Assembly (NCBI RefSeq): GCF_036321535.1
Contig: NC_087437.1
Coordinates: 66,900,001-66,964,000, forward strand
Origin: Camelus dromedarius
Taxonomy: Eukaryota
Reading direction: 5' to 3'
Length of the DNA stretch: 64,000 nucleotides
Both the position numbers and the translations under genes were made by a program. The notes beneath the pieces were generated by a model. The model was not told the origin of the DNA. It ran no database searches and saw only the letters and a list, made by a program, of their open reading frames with translations. Of this stretch, positions 10,467 to 24,530 are shown piece by piece; position 1 is the first letter of the stretch, and every line of letters starts with the position of its first letter.

Positions 10467-13400
10467 GTAAGTGTTAATTTTTTCTTTTTCACAAGTAGCA
10501 TACAAACTCTCTAAACATAACAAATGTACAGGAAAGTACAAAAGTCAGAAGTGTACGGCTCACTTAGGTGTCACAAAATGAATAGACCTGTGTGCCCGGC
10601 ATGTAAATTATGAAATGGAATGTTTCCAGAGCCCCAGAAGTTCTCCTCTTTGAGTCACTACCCTGACTTAACATGCTGACACCATTCATTAGATTTTTCC
10701 TATTTTTGAACTTTACATAATTGGAGACATGCACCATGTACTCTTTTGTGTCTGGCTTCTGTTGCTCAACACTATGTTGGTGAGCTGGGGTCTGTTGCTG
10801 ATGTATAGTGTTAATTATATGAACACCCCCAGTTTTACCATCCAGCCCCAGAAGTCTCAGCACCAGATGTCAGTAGGCACATGTGATGAACTGGGGGTCA
10901 GTTGATCTAGGCTGGTGTTTCTGCTCCAAGTGTCTCACTCTCCTCCTGGCACCAGCAGGCTGGCCTGGGCATGTTCTCCTGGCACCTACCGAGCACAGGT
11001 GGAGAAGTGCCAGCACATCCAAGCCTCCATCGGGTCACATCTCTTAGCATCCCCTTGGTGCAAAGTATGGAGTCAAGGGATAGGACAGTATGTTTTCGGT
11101 GTTGTCTTTCCTAGTGTAAAACTGTGCTTATTTCTTAAGTATGTTGTCCATTTTGATTCCTCTTTGATGTCTTGCTTTTCAATCTAAATGAACAGTAAGT
11201 TGGTTTTAGGGAGCACCTTAGTTAGAGAGGGAAAGCTCCACGGCGATATTACATGTAACCCACAGAGGTTCAGTCAGACCTCTGCTTCTCCAGACATCTA
11301 AGACGTCATAATTCCCCCGATAGTCCTCTGAGTGTCTTTCCAGAATGCCTTTCCTCAGGCCATGTCTGCCTGGTGGATCCTGTTTAGTCATCAAAAATCT
11401 AGTTTAGGTTACTTCTCTCCCAGGGAGATTTCTGGGACTGCCCCAGAGTAATCTTATGCTCCCTGTGTGCCTGGCTTTGTTTCTGTTGACTGCTGTTTTG
11501 TTTCTCTTGATTGCTGATCAGTGTATTGTTCCCACATTCGCCTTTTTCCCCTGGGAGACAGCACACAGGCAGGATGAAGGCAGGGTGGTCCTTTGTAGCT
11601 CTGTGAAGTCCAGAGCCCTTCCCTGGTCCTACAGAGGTGGCTCTCTGCGGACACTTAACTAGCTCTCTGTGGGGCAGCCTGGGGCTCTGCGGAGGCTTCT
11701 TGCTCTAAGCTGAACAAAACCTGCAGACCCTCTCTCCTAACTGCATGGTAGACTTGAACTGTGCTCATGTTGGAATGCTGCTTCTCTTTACTCAGTCACA
11801 GAAAAGCAAAAACATTATTCCTGAGTGTTTGGTGGAGGGAAATTGTTCTGCTCACAAATTACACAAGTTGAGCTAGGAAAATGAGTTACTGAGATGCAGA
11901 TCTGACTGTATCATCTCCCTTGTTCAAAATCCTCTCAACATATTTAAACAACAAATGCATCTGTAAAAACAGATGGGCAGTGACACAGTCAGTCCTGAGT
12001 ATGGATCAAGAGGGTGACATAAGTAGTGACAAATTAAGATGTGCCGTTGGTGACCCAAGGAGGTACAAAACTTGAGAAAATGTCACGGAGGCAGTAAGGG
12101 AGGCTGCTAGAGTGAGTGGAAGCGGACACTGGAAAGTTAGGCTCGTAAAAAGTTAGAACAGTGAGAAAGTGAGCAGGGGGACTGGTTTACGTCAGACCTG
12201 TTACGTGGGGCTCTTTCGGGGCCAAGAACCAAGACATGGTCAGGTTCACTTGGATGATGGGGTTTGTGAACAGGCTACGCGGGAAACTGTCTCAACAGCC
12301 GCCCCATTGTCTCCCAGCAGCTCTGGTAGCTTGTCTTTCATTGTAACTCCTTTTCTTACTGTTTGTTTCTAGGGCATTACTGCCTGCTGGCTCCATGTCT
12401 CGTGTGCAGACCCTTCAGGAAAGGCTCTTTCTTGTAGGTCAGTTTTAGGTGGCTGGAAGCAGTCATTTGCTCTTGGCACTGTGGGGCAGAGTCCTCCTGC
12501 CACTTCACAGACTCTAGAGCCTGGTCTAAGCAGCCCATGTAGGGGATGATCACGTGCAGCAGTACACAGTGACAACAGAGGAAGGGCAGGCGACTGGTTT
12601 GCTCGGAAGAGGATAGCACAACTTGCAGGCATCTTGAGATTTTATAGCCTGACTGGTACACATGGAGTTTTAAAAAGTGTGGCTCTGTTTCCTAAACAGA
12701 GCTCTGCCTCCTCTCTTACCAGTCTGTTGTCCCTGTTAATTCAGATCAAACGGGAGGGTCCATGGCTTCAGCCTTATCTTCAAAAGCTTGCATGAGACTG
12801 GTTACCATGGATGGTCCTCGGGTTTCATTCAGTCGGGCTGTGTCTAGACTTGCTGAGCAGATGCCCCGTTGCGGATTTCTGCTGCCGTGGAACACTGGGA
12901 GAGTCCTTGCACTGTGGCACATACCTGTTACTGGTGCGTTAGGTGGGGAGGCCACTTCCTATTTCCTTTCTCTGTTTTACCTTCAGGGAGTTAGAGTAGC
13001 TCCCAAGAGCTTCTGGAGGGACCTTAGGGGAAAGGGCCTTGTCTGAGAGCTCAATTCTGTGGAATGTTCTTGGTTTTTAAGAGACTTCACCCTCCTTTGG
13101 AATTTTGAGAAGGAAAAGAGGTGAGAGCACATTTGAAGTTACCCAGCCCTGGCCTCTGCTCTTCCCCAGGCCCATCAGGACAGAGTGGATCTCCTACTCA
13201 CTGATGAGTCATAGAGCCAGGGTTCGTTCCCCAGCCTCAAGGGAATGTTCTTCTATGTCATGTGCCTGCTTTTGCAGCCAGGAACCTGAGTCACATGGTT
13301 CTGTGGTTATGGTTCATGACCAAATGAGGCTTTAAAGTAATAAAAGCCCACATTCATACAGCGCTTACTGCATGCCAGGCAACATTCGAAGTGTGTGACG

Positions 13401-13473
13401 TGCTACTCCTGTAAGCCTATCAGCCCTTGGTGAGCTCGGTCCTATCGTTTCCTGTGTCCTGTTTTCACTGTAG

Positions 13474-13706
13474 AGGGCAAGATCAAGCTCGTCTTCAAAC
13501 CAGACCTCACTCTGGAGGAAGTACAGGCAGAAAACCCCAAAGTGCACAGAGGCCGGTATCACCCTGAGGAGTGCAGGGCTTCGCAGCGGGTCGCCATCCT
13601 CATTCCACATCGCAACAGAGAGAAGCACCTGCTGTACCTGCTCAAACACCTTCACCCCTTCTTGCAGAGGCAGCAGCTGGAGTATGGCGTCTACATCATC
13701 CACCAG
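13474..13706 (+). CDS. B4GALT4: B4GALT4 coding exon 2
   Basis: FKPDLTLEEVQAENPKV...VAILIPHRNREKHL...YIIHQ. TAG acceptor, GTGAGT donor, 233 nt. Confidence 0.97.
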
Positions 13707-15423
13707 GTGAGTGCGGGAGGCAGACTGGACTCTGCCTCCACTCCTTCCTCTCTCTCAGGAACTTAGCCACGATGAGATGCTGAAACTGGGTTTTGTTATT
13801 GAACATGGCTATTCAGTAGGGATCTAGACAGAGGATTTGACCGATTACTGTGTGTTAACTGCCATGGAATTCTATGACTGTCTCCACCTTTTTGCCTTTA
13901 ACTTTGCCACTATTATGTAAAGCATTTTGCTAAGTTTTCACTTTTTTGAGTCTCTTGTTTGGCCTCCAGAAGCATGATTTAGTAGAAACACATGATTTAG
14001 TAGAAACACAGTGAGTAAAAGTGCAGGTCGCTCTTGAGGAGGTGAGCTCTAGGTGGAGTGGTGATCTCAGATGCCTCTACTTGATACTAACATTTATTGA
14101 AAGAAAAATAAGATATCAACATAAATATCCATGGCTAGCTTTTCCAAATTATCATGAGCCATCCAAATAATTCCCTCTCAATCCTTGCAAATGCTTAGAA
14201 TGCAAGCAAAATCATTAACTACATGCCTAATGTTGGTTATAACTGGTAATATTTGTTTCAAGAAAACTTTTGACAAGTCAAAGGATGCAGCTTTGCAGTG
14301 TATACTTTATAAAAACTGAGGCTCTTGAAAATCAGTGTGTGTATACATAGTACATCTATGCCCATTTTTTTAAGGATTTGAAACAAAATTTTACTATTAT
14401 ATTGGTTCATAATTGTTTTTAGCATTATTAGTCATTCAGAGTTCTTACTCAGGGTAGCAACTGCCAGCATATAATATTTTTATGAATGGAAAAATATGTC
14501 TGCTTTGTGTTAACTCTTTTTAGGAAAATGCTATGGTGAGTTTTGAGAACTGCCTGTACTTTTGTTGTGATAAACTGTTCATTGAACTGGAATTTATTCT
14601 TAAGGAATTTGATCCTAAGAGCCATGAAAAAATTAATACTGTAAAACACTTTTTCATTACGATAGCTTTGATTAGAGTACTGGTTGATTTGTGTTCTTTT
14701 CTTACCCAATGGCAAACCCCAGTAAGGCCACTGTGAGGATTAGCTTCTTCCATTAAGTGTTAAAGCAGGATTCTGTTACAGTGATTCCGCAAGATTTTTA
14801 AGTAGCTTTGGAAATTGGCGGTAACCTTTTCTGTGTGTAGGTCAAGATTTCTTGATCCTTTCTGGCAAGCTATATTTTTTAGAAGTTTAGTGTAAATTAG
14901 TTCCATGGGGTAGGTTGAGATTAGCTGAGAGTCGAACAGTGAAGCAGTGATAACTGACATGACTCGTATGTAAGACAGGTTTTGTAGTTTTACATGGAAT
15001 AAATAAACGTATGTTTAAAAATTTTTTTGAATTATTTTATTTGTATTTTAAACTATGGTTTTTTTAAAAATTATGGTAAAATACACATAACATAAAATTT
15101 ACTATCTTATTTTTATCATACACTTTAGTAGTGTTAAGTGTATTCACAGTATTGGGCAACTCATCTCAGCTAATCTTTCATCTTGCAAAACCAAAATTCT
15201 AAACCCATTAAACAGCAACTCCTCATTTCAAGGTGTTTTTAGGTTATGGAATATAAGTTTATATGAAACGTAAGGAGAAAAACAAAGGGTCTGTTTTCAT
15301 GTCATATAGATAGTTTTGTGAGTTGGCAAGGATAATACCAGCTCCTGCATCTGCGCTGAAGAAGGGCACAGTGTCAGATCTTGTCTTTTAAAGCTTCTCA
15401 GGTTTTAATTTCCTTGTCTATAG

Positions 15424-15611
15424 GCTGGAAGTAAAAAGTTTAATCGTGCCAAACTCCTGAATGTGGGCTATCTAGAAGCTCTCAAGGAAGAAAATTGGGA
15501 CTGCTTTATATTCCATGATGTGGACCTGGTGCCCGAGAATGATTTGAACCTTTACAAGTGTGAGGACCAGCCCAAGCATCTGGTGGTTGGCAGGAACAGC
15601 ACTGGGTACAG
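15424..15611 (+). CDS. B4GALT4: B4GALT4 coding exon 3
   Basis: FNRAKLLNVG...FIFHDVDLVPEND, containing the DxD metal-binding motif. 188 nt, AG/GT boundaries. Confidence 0.97.
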
Positions 15612-18600
15612 GTAAGGTGGCTCTGCTCACGGCTTGCTTGGGTCGAGGAGGCTGTGCAGACACGGTGTCCGGGGTGTCTGTGGAAAATGAGAAATAGGAA
15701 AAATGGTCCATGATCTGCCACCTAAAGTTCAAAACAGGAATTAGAGAAATTACAACAGCCTTGGCAGAGGATCACAAAGACGGAAGGGAGTGAGCAGGAG
15801 AGGGAAAATAATCCAAGCGTTGCCTCACCTGCCTTGCCTCCCTGGTGGAACTTTCGCAAGCGCTCTGCAACGAGTAGAACTCAAGTGACTCATCTGTCTA
15901 ACCCTGACTTCTGCCTCCGGGAGGCAGCGAGTGTGCCCCCGAGGGCAACGTTTAGGCCTCGTTTGTGGGACTCTTTGCAGACAGTGGCATCTTTCCAGGC
16001 TTTGGAGGGAGAGTGGGGACGGCATATCCATCAAGTAGTCTGCTCAGGAGCCAGGACACCCAGGACAAGCTCTTTCTCAGAGCCGCTGTGGGAAGAGCCC
16101 GGCCCCATCACACCTGTCTTCGTTTCCGGCCCCTCTCCTGCCAGGGGAGGGGGAGCTGCTTTTCCACCTTGTTTTAAGCCAGCTGCTATTCAAGAACAAC
16201 TGAGGGAAAACAGTGACCAAGAAAATTCTCCACAAGGAAAACTGCGTGTTTGCTTATATGTGTGCACACTTACCTGTCCGCTTCCCTCAAGCCCTGCCCT
16301 TCGTGGGTGCTCTTATGTGGGGTGCTTACTGAGCTAGGGGCCCTGAGAGCAATCTGAATAAGGCTGAGTGCCTGCCCTCACACAGCTCCCTGTGGTGTGC
16401 TGGTGTGGGGGACAGACCTGCGGTGGAGGTGTGTCCGTTTTATACTTCGCTTCTGCAGATTCAACTGGAAGCATTTGGTGATGACGAGGAGAGGAGAGGA
16501 GAGAGAACTATAAAACCGTAAAATAATACAAGAGATTCCACCAGTGTCTATTCTGGGAAGTGAGCACCAGATGGAAACTGTGAATCTCTTGATACCTCCC
16601 CTGGTCTTGGTTTCCATGTTGTTCTTTTTGTGCAGGTTTCCCACTTTGGATTGTTTAAGAGATTCCCCAGATTAGTACTGCCCACAGGTGATTTTTTCCT
16701 CAGGTACTGACTTTAAGCCCAGCCCCGCTGTGAGGTGTGGGATATAATAAACAAAGCTACATAATAGGAATAAGCTACAGTGGGTGAGAGCGCCCCATCT
16801 TGAAGAAACACCTAGGGAAGGGTTTAAAGCTGTTGCTCAGGGAACATGACCCCTTCATCTTGTGGAGTCAATGGCAGCTTCCCGGCAGCGTTCTAAGACA
16901 TGGAAGTGAGGGAGATCGTGGCACAGTTTTGGGGGAAGTATGGGTAGTTTGTTAGTGCTGCAGAATGAACGTCTGGGATGGCAGAGGGAGGAGAGGCAAG
17001 AGGTGAGGGTGGACGGCAGCCAGATTCTGCAGGCCTTGTTCAGTCTGGTCAGGAGTTTGGGCTCCTGTGGAAGGAATTAGGGAGCTGCTGATACATGATT
17101 ACAGCCAGAGAGTGACAGGAGAAAACTCAGTTCAGGTGGCCTGTAGTGTGTGGGATGGAGCAGCTCAGGGAAGATGCCACGTTCCTGCCTCCTTACTCCA
17201 CGGGCACTGGGGCCGGGGGGCAGGGGAAGGGCCTGGGAGAGAATCTCAGGATGTTCTCCTTTGGGGAACTTGATCTTAATCATTATCTGGAGGTGTTGCT
17301 TTCTGGTACCTCGGTATTTTCAGAAGCATGTCAACCATCTGCTCACTTGTTGGTGATGAGGTGTCACTCTCTACAATCCAGAATACCTGTGCTCCAGACC
17401 CTTCACCTGGACGATGACTTCCCATTACCCAGGCTTTCTAAACATCTGTGGTCAGAAATGACGACCACTTGGGATTTTTTTGTTGTTGTTCATTTTTGGA
17501 GTGTGAATACACAGGATCGTATTAAGGACGGGCCTTTTCTTGGGATTGTAGATTTTATCTTTGCATTAAGCTGGACCACAAGAAAATGAAGTCTTGGGCA
17601 TTTCTGCTGGGAACCGATTTTGAGTGAAACTTCAGTGTGACTGAAAACAGCCCCTGTATGAATCCTGCTGTTTTAACTTACTATTATAACCGGCCAGATG
17701 TTTCTTTTGTAACTAGATACCAGGAAGCCTTTGTCTTCCTTGAGTAACTGGCGGTTTTCTTAATGTGAACCAGGTGATTGAATGTGTCTCATCTTTTGAT
17801 CTGGAGGCAAGAAGCTCTAAGCCAAATCCATGGTCATCTTTTAGAAACTGAAAAGAATCTTATTTGCAGATCAGAGTTCTAATGTTTCCTATTTGAATCT
17901 TTTATCTGATTTCAGTTTTCCTCTGGTCCTGGCTTGTCATTTATATTTTTCTACTTTATCATATGTATCAGTGTAAACTGCCTTATCTTCTGTGATCCAG
18001 AGGAGGTTTGCATAGGTAATGTAGGGGTTGCCCTCGTCCACTTTACTTTGTTCCTTTGGGCAAAGTTCCTCTAGCTGCTGGCAGGTGCATTTGCAGGCAG
18101 CTGAAGTGTCTGCCCCCTGCTGGTAGCCGTGTGTCCCTGCGCCACAGAGCTTTGGTCAGCACACTATTCATTGTCACAACTGCCCCGCGAGTATGATGCT
18201 AAGTGCAAGAAGTAGTTTCACTTTATACACATGCAGAGGGAAGAAGTTAAAGTACCTTGTCTCAGACTCTGATGAAGACAGAAATAAATCTGGTTTATCC
18301 CACTGGCTGTGGGTCAGGTACCAACTGGTGGCAAATTTTACTGCCAGCTTTCTACAAGGACTCTACTGTTACTTTATGGCTACATTTTCCCCACCCTTGG
18401 GCCTTACAGCCCTTTAAAAATAAAACTGTTTCAGGGCCAATCAAATATTCATGATTTTCTAGATAAGAAAAACCAGAAGCAGAGATCAATAAACACGTAG
18501 ACATTTGCCATCTAAGAGGTACTTGAGAGACTGAGAGTTCTTTAACCTCTCCTTCCAACTGGTCTCCTGCACCTCCCACTGCAGCTGGACTGGTTTCCAG

Positions 18601-20428
18601 GTGCTCCTCAGATGGCCTGCACTTTTCTCCCTCTTTGCTTTTCCTCGTGGAGTTCTGATCACCGGAATTTCCCCCATTTTCTACCTGTTTGAATCCTCCT
18701 AGGCCCCCTGACCTGACATGTGGCATCTCCTTCCTCAGAACCCCGATCATGTTCACCTCTTGTGTTAGATCATACACTGTGGGAGGGCAGGGCCTACTTA
18801 TTACAGTGTTCAGTCAGCCGTTTTGCACAGCGTATAGTCATTATGTGGTGGATCACTACCAAAGCACCAGTGCTGCTTCCCTCCTGGTGGCCTCTGGTTG
18901 GTGCGTGGCCGGTTATGCCTGGACAGTCATTCTACTCAGTGTCCTGATGAGGCTGCTGGTTGTCAGGTAGCTTAGGAATCCCTTCCTTGTCAGATGAGTC
19001 CAGTAACCATAGCAACAGGTCGCTGCAGTGGCCGTCTTGGTCAGTAATAGCTGCCTTCTGAGCACTTTGTTCCTTTTGGTTGTCTTGGGTTGTCATTTTC
19101 CAGAATTTTAGGTTGGAGGTATATAAGTAAATCAGTTTCCATTATGGGTTAAACAGTGTCCTCCATGTCTATACTCAGAGCATGGAAATGAACAGCTGAG
19201 CTACAGATTAGTCTTCGGGACTCCACCTGTTACATAGGAAGTGTCTACATGTTTACTGAGCTTTCCTTTTGGTTTTTCTCCTTATCTGGAAAAGCAGAAA
19301 TATTTAATTAGTCCTGGAATGCTTTGAACTGAAGTTAAAGTTAGAGATCCTCCATATAGTCACCTCTTTTTATTCGGTAACATCCAAGTTATTAGGCTGC
19401 CTTCATTTGCGTTTCTGAATTGCTACAGTGTTCTAGTCAAGGCATGTCTTTATTTCTTAGTAATCCATGAGCTCTGTATGAGTGGGCAGTGCTCTCTGAC
19501 TGGCACCTCTTGACCTCTTCTCTTTCCCCTTTTCCTTGTTGGTATTTCCCCAGCTCTGCCCTTTGTACTCTTATCTTTTCACTTACTACATTGTCTTTGG
19601 GCAGTTTTTTCCTAGTCTCATGCCTTCAGGTACCACCTCTTGGCAGCTGATTTCAAAAGCTGTATCTGTTGCCACTCCTCTGTATTGAACTTGTACCCTG
19701 TATCCTTTTTGCCACTGGCAGAAGCCCCAAGGGTATCTCAAATTCAGCTTATCCGAACCATAATTTATTGTCTTCCTCTCAAAACCTAATTATTGGTTTG
19801 TATATCCTATTTTTGTGAAAGGCACCGTCACCTACCTAGTTGCCCAAGCCAGAAACCTCGGGGTTATTGAGGTATGTTGAGTTTTCCAGGAAACAGACTC
19901 TGAGATAGAGATTTGCATGCACAAAGGTGGAGGTTTACATTCAAAGTATGTACAGGAGCTGTCTTCTGTTCTCAACCCCACTCTCTCTCTAAAAAAAGTA
20001 AAAGTCAAAAAAACAGTATTTTCATTATGACATTCACACATGCTGAACCTGGATGCAGCCTCAGAATCCTTCTTAACCTACTACCCTTAGCAGCCACTGC
20101 TGTTCATTTGATTGGCCCATGAGATGAAATCCATCATCCAGATCTGATGTTCTAGTGCACATTTACAGGTAGACCTCTGCACACAAACATTAACAATAAC
20201 TGGTGGGTGGCACCTTGCTTAGTGAGCAGATGTGAGCACTTGTCTAGACAGAGGACAAAAGGCCGGGAACGTGGGGAGGTGGATGTCAAGCAGGAGTGGA
20301 TGGATGAAAGTGCACAGTCTTCAAAGTGTCCTAGAATGCCAGCCCTGCAATGCGAGACTTCTGAAGCTTCTGTGGAGAACAAAAGGGCTTTGTGCTAATG
20401 GTCTTTTCTCTCCTTTCTTTGGCTCCAG

Positions 20429-20551
20429 GTTACGTTACAGTGGATATTTTGGGGGTGTTACTGCCCTAAGCCGAGAGCAATTTTTCAAGGTGAATGGATT
20501 CTCTAACAACTACTGGGGATGGGGAGGCGAAGACGATGACCTCAGACTCAG
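20429..20551 (+). CDS. B4GALT4: B4GALT4 coding exon 4
   Basis: LRYSGYFGGVTALSREQFFKVNGFSNNYWGWGGEDDDLRL, the GT7 family signature. 123 nt. Confidence 0.97.
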
Positions 20552-22479
20552 GTGAACAACAGAGACAGGTCCCTTCACGGGGCTCTCCTAGCAGTGGGTG
20601 TGTATGGTTTCTGTAGATGCCAGTCCAGCAGGTCATGAGGCTCCGACTTGGGCTTCAGGGGTGGCAGGGAGTGGGGGGAGGGCAGGGTGGCCCAAATTGT
20701 TCTTTGCCACTGACAGTTTAGAAATGGTGGAAGGTGATCTTGTCCTGGCTTGTGGGTGTTTGGGGTCCAGGAGTGTTGATGGAGGTCTCTGTGGACTTGT
20801 CAGTGGATATTCCTTACTGAGACAGGGTCTTGCCAGTGAATGAAAAGTCTCAAACTGCAGGGTGTCTGCAAAGCTGTAATTTGAGGAAAGTGGCCAGAGG
20901 GCCTGTTAGAAGCCTATGTTTTCCTTCAGACTCTAGGCGACCCTGGCAGTTCCCTATGTGTGGAGCAGGGAATGCTAGCAGCCTGTGAGGCATTGCGTGC
21001 CCTGAAGCAGACCAGGGTGTCCTCCTACATGAGCCAGCCCCACACGCTGGGGGAGCAGCTGCTGGCCTGACTCCCAGGCCTGAATCCGAGCTGCTGGCAC
21101 GACTCTCAGATTCTCTTGGACTCTTTTCTGCTTGGGGGATCCACCGGAGATATGTCTGGTCTCCTCTGTCAGCCCCCTTTCCTGAACTTGGGTTTCGTGG
21201 CCAGATGGTTGTGGGTATCCCTAGCTCCCAGACATAAGTAATTATTCAAGAGCTGGGGGCCAGGATCTTCAGACTTGTAATAACAAGGCCTTTTTATTAA
21301 GAGACCCCTTTCCTCTTCTTGTTGCCTCTTGGAAAGGAAATCTCTCAGCTGAGGTTCTGAAATTAATAGATTTGTGACTACCGGAGATATTTCGTTGCTT
21401 CGGCATGAAGAAGCCAGGGCTCCATGTTGATCTTTTTTCCTGTGTCTAGGCTGAGAGTCTCTGGAATGTTTCTGACAGGAGGGGTCTCCCTGACCAAAGG
21501 CTGCATGGGAACGGCCATAGGGATGGGCAGCTTCACGGGCCAGCCCGTTAGCAGCAGCCCTTGTGGCCGTGGCTTAGGAAGTGGACCGAGGGTGCCTGCA
21601 AGGTTTCAGGGCAGGAGTAGCAAAGCCTAGGGGTCGACGGTACCCATCATCTTCCCCAAACCCACTTCTCTGCCCAGATAGGATGGTTAGTAGAATTTTG
21701 CACTGATCATGTATCTTCACTCTCTTTTTTCCTGTTGCTCCTCAGCTTCAAGGGAAAGGGGAGCCCCAAGTCTTGCTTTCATTTGATGAGAACATCATGG
21801 CATCCAGAGTGGTTCTTGACTAATGCTCTGGATAAACCAACTGATTGGTACATGAAAGTTGGTTGAGATTTCTTTACTGAATACTTATTTACTCACCTGT
21901 GCAACAGGCACCACCCTTTTTGCACTTATACAGTACCTTAGAGTTTGCAAAGCATGCTCCCCAAGGACGGTCTCCTTTGAGCCTGTCCGATCAACTCTGT
22001 AGCACTGTTGCCATTTTACAGGTGAGGAAACCTAGACCTAGAATGATGAACTGACTCACCAAGGTTGTAAGCAACAAAGTCTAGATTTGAACCTAGATTC
22101 TGACCTTTAACAATCATTACTTTCTTTGTCAAAGAAGGAAGCACTAAGTGAATTAAGGATCCTAAGAAACTTGATTCGCCTACTTGTCATGTTTTTTAAA
22201 ATGTATTTTCTCAGTTGTTTTTGGAAAACAACAAACTGTAAAGTGACACATCTTCTTTGTACCCCAGTAGTAAATGTTCAATGTGATTCTTTTATGGACT
22301 TATTGTCTGAGGCCCAACATTATAAAAAAATTCTTTTTTTTAATACCCCATAGTCAAGATATGTGTGACTCTGTATGTGCACATGTGTGTAAATTTTTGC
22401 TGATGATTCTTTTTTAAGTGCCTAGTGGTAGGTAAGTGGGATAGACTTTCTTTTTTTTAAATCCCTGTTATTTTTCCAG

Positions 22480-22584
22480 GGTTGAGCTTCATAAAATGAA
22501 AATAATCCGGCCACTGCTTGCAGTGGGTAAATATACTATGATCTTCCACAAGAGAGACCAAGGCAATGAGGTGAATATAGAACG
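22480..22584 (+). CDS. B4GALT4: B4GALT4 coding exon 5
   Basis: VELHKMKIIRPLLAVGKYTMIFHKRDQGNEVNIE. 105 nt, CAG acceptor, GTAAGT donor. Confidence 0.95.
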
Positions 22585-22693
22585 GTAAGTCCTGGATCCA
22601 CATGCCTGGCAGGCGCCCTGTGTGGTTTCTCCTGTCCATAGTACTATGCTGAATTTGATCAGATGAACTCGTTTATTTTGTTCAGAGCTTTTT

Positions 22694-23290
22694 TTTTTTA
22701 ACTTTTTTTATTGATTTATAATCATTTTACAATGTTGTATCAAATTCCAGTGTAGAGCACGATTTTTCAGTTATACATAAACATATATATATTCATTGTC
22801 ACATTTTTTCCTCTGTGAGCTACCATAAGATCTTGTGTGTATTTCCCTGTGCTATACAGTATAATCTTGTTTATCTGTTATACAATTTTGGAATCCTGTC
22901 TATCCATTCCCACCCTCTGCCCCCTTGGCAACCTCAAGTTTGTATTCTATGTCTATGAGTCTGTTTCTGTTTTGTATTTATGCTTTGTTTGTTTGTTTTT
23001 TGTTGCTTTTTTTTTTAGATTCCACATATGAGTGATCTCATATGGTATTTTTCTTTCTCTTTCTGGCTTACTTCACTTAGAATGACATTCTCCAGGAGCA
23101 TCCATGTTGCTGCAAATGGCGTTCGTTATGTTGTCGGTTTTTATGGCTGAGTAGTATTCCATTGTATAAATATACCACATCTTCTTTATTCAGTCATCTG
23201 TTGATGGACATTTAGGCTGTCTCCATGTCTTGGCTATTGTAAATAGTGCTGCTATGAACATTGGGGTGCAGGTGTCATCCTGAAGTAGGG
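22694..23290 (-). mobile_element. Young 5'-truncated L1 (about 600 bp)
   Basis: Perfect 15-bp TSD TGTTCAGAGCTTTTT (22679-22693 / 23291-23305), poly(A) tail and L1 ORF2-end/3'UTR motifs. Confidence 0.9.
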
Positions 23291-23319
23291 TGTTCAGAGC
23301 TTTTTATTAAGGTAATTTT

Positions 23320-24530
23320 CAAACAGACTCAAAAGCAGAGGAAATGGGGTGTTGAGTTCTCACACACACGTGCCCTTACCCGGCTTCAGCAGTTATCAGT
23401 TCCTGGTCTCTCTTCTCTCCCACTTTCTTCTCCCTCATGGGCTTCTTGAGAAGTAAGTCAGATATCACAGCATTTCATGTGTAAATACTTCAGTGTTTCT
23501 TAAAATAGAAAAAACCTTAAAAAAAGAACAGTAATACCACTGTCATACCTTAAATAAAAATAACAGTGCTTTCTTATTGTCATCAAATACCCAGTTAGTG
23601 TTCAGATTTCCCTAATTATCTCATAAATGCTTAAAAAAATTTTTTTAACAGGTGGCTTATTCAGATCAGACAAGGTCCACAGATTACATTTAGATGCTCC
23701 CTTTGAAGTCTCCTTTAATCTGTAGGTTCCCCCCTCCTCCTTTTTTTCCCCTTGTAATTTATTTATTGAATAAACCAGGTCATTTGTCTGAGATTTCCTA
23801 CATCATGGGTTTTGCCATCTGCATCCCTGTGCTGTAACTTAATTTGTGCTTCTGACCTCTGCGTGTCCTTGTAAATAGGACCTTCAGTCTGGAGACTTAA
23901 CACTCATTCTGGTACTGTTTTGGGGCAAGAGCACTTCCTCAGTGGTGCCATGTATCTCATTTTGTACCCCAAGAAGAGGACGTGGCATCTGGGCACATGT
24001 TGGTGGTGACAGAGTCCATCTGTGGGTTCAGGTGTTGTCGGCTCCATCCAGTCATCGTGAGGGTCCCCATCAGTCTTTCGCCCAGTGGTTTGAGCAGCCA
24101 TTGGTGATCGTTGCCTAAATGTATTATTCAAGTAGGGATTGTAAACTTCTGATATTCCATCGTTCCTTCTAGTGTTTATTAGATAGATTTTCCCACAAAG
24201 AATTGATGTGCCTTCCTCATCTGTTGAGTGCCCTGGGAAATGGTTCTTATAGAAAAGGCAGGATAAAAAGGGAAAGAATCAGCACTGATTTATCATTTCA
24301 GAATGAGGTGATGTTCTCCCCATCCTTCTGGATGGAGTTAACATTCTTTTTGCTGCTCAGATTGTCTTATCTTTGGCGAATGGGCTCTTCCTGAAGCTGG
24401 CTCCTGAATCCTTTGACATAACTGCAGTGGTTTTGAGAGCTATTTTTCCCTGGGCTCTGGTGTGATGAGGTGTTCTAGGCTCACCTACTTTTCCTGCTCC
24501 AGGAATTAACCTTTTCACTTAGGAATCCTG
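23320..24530 (-). mobile_element. Old L1 (L1ME/L1MC-like) fragments
   Basis: Degenerate old L1 3' motifs. Boundaries are approximate. Confidence 0.45.

Noticed and set aside
13973..14008. 18-bp tandem duplication CATGATTTAGTAGAAACA
   Set aside because: Ordinary local duplication with no spacer structure, so not CRISPR-like.
14449..14960. Cluster of short ORFs in AT-rich intron
   Set aside because: No recognisable protein, no coherent splice structure, and overlapping short frames on both strands.
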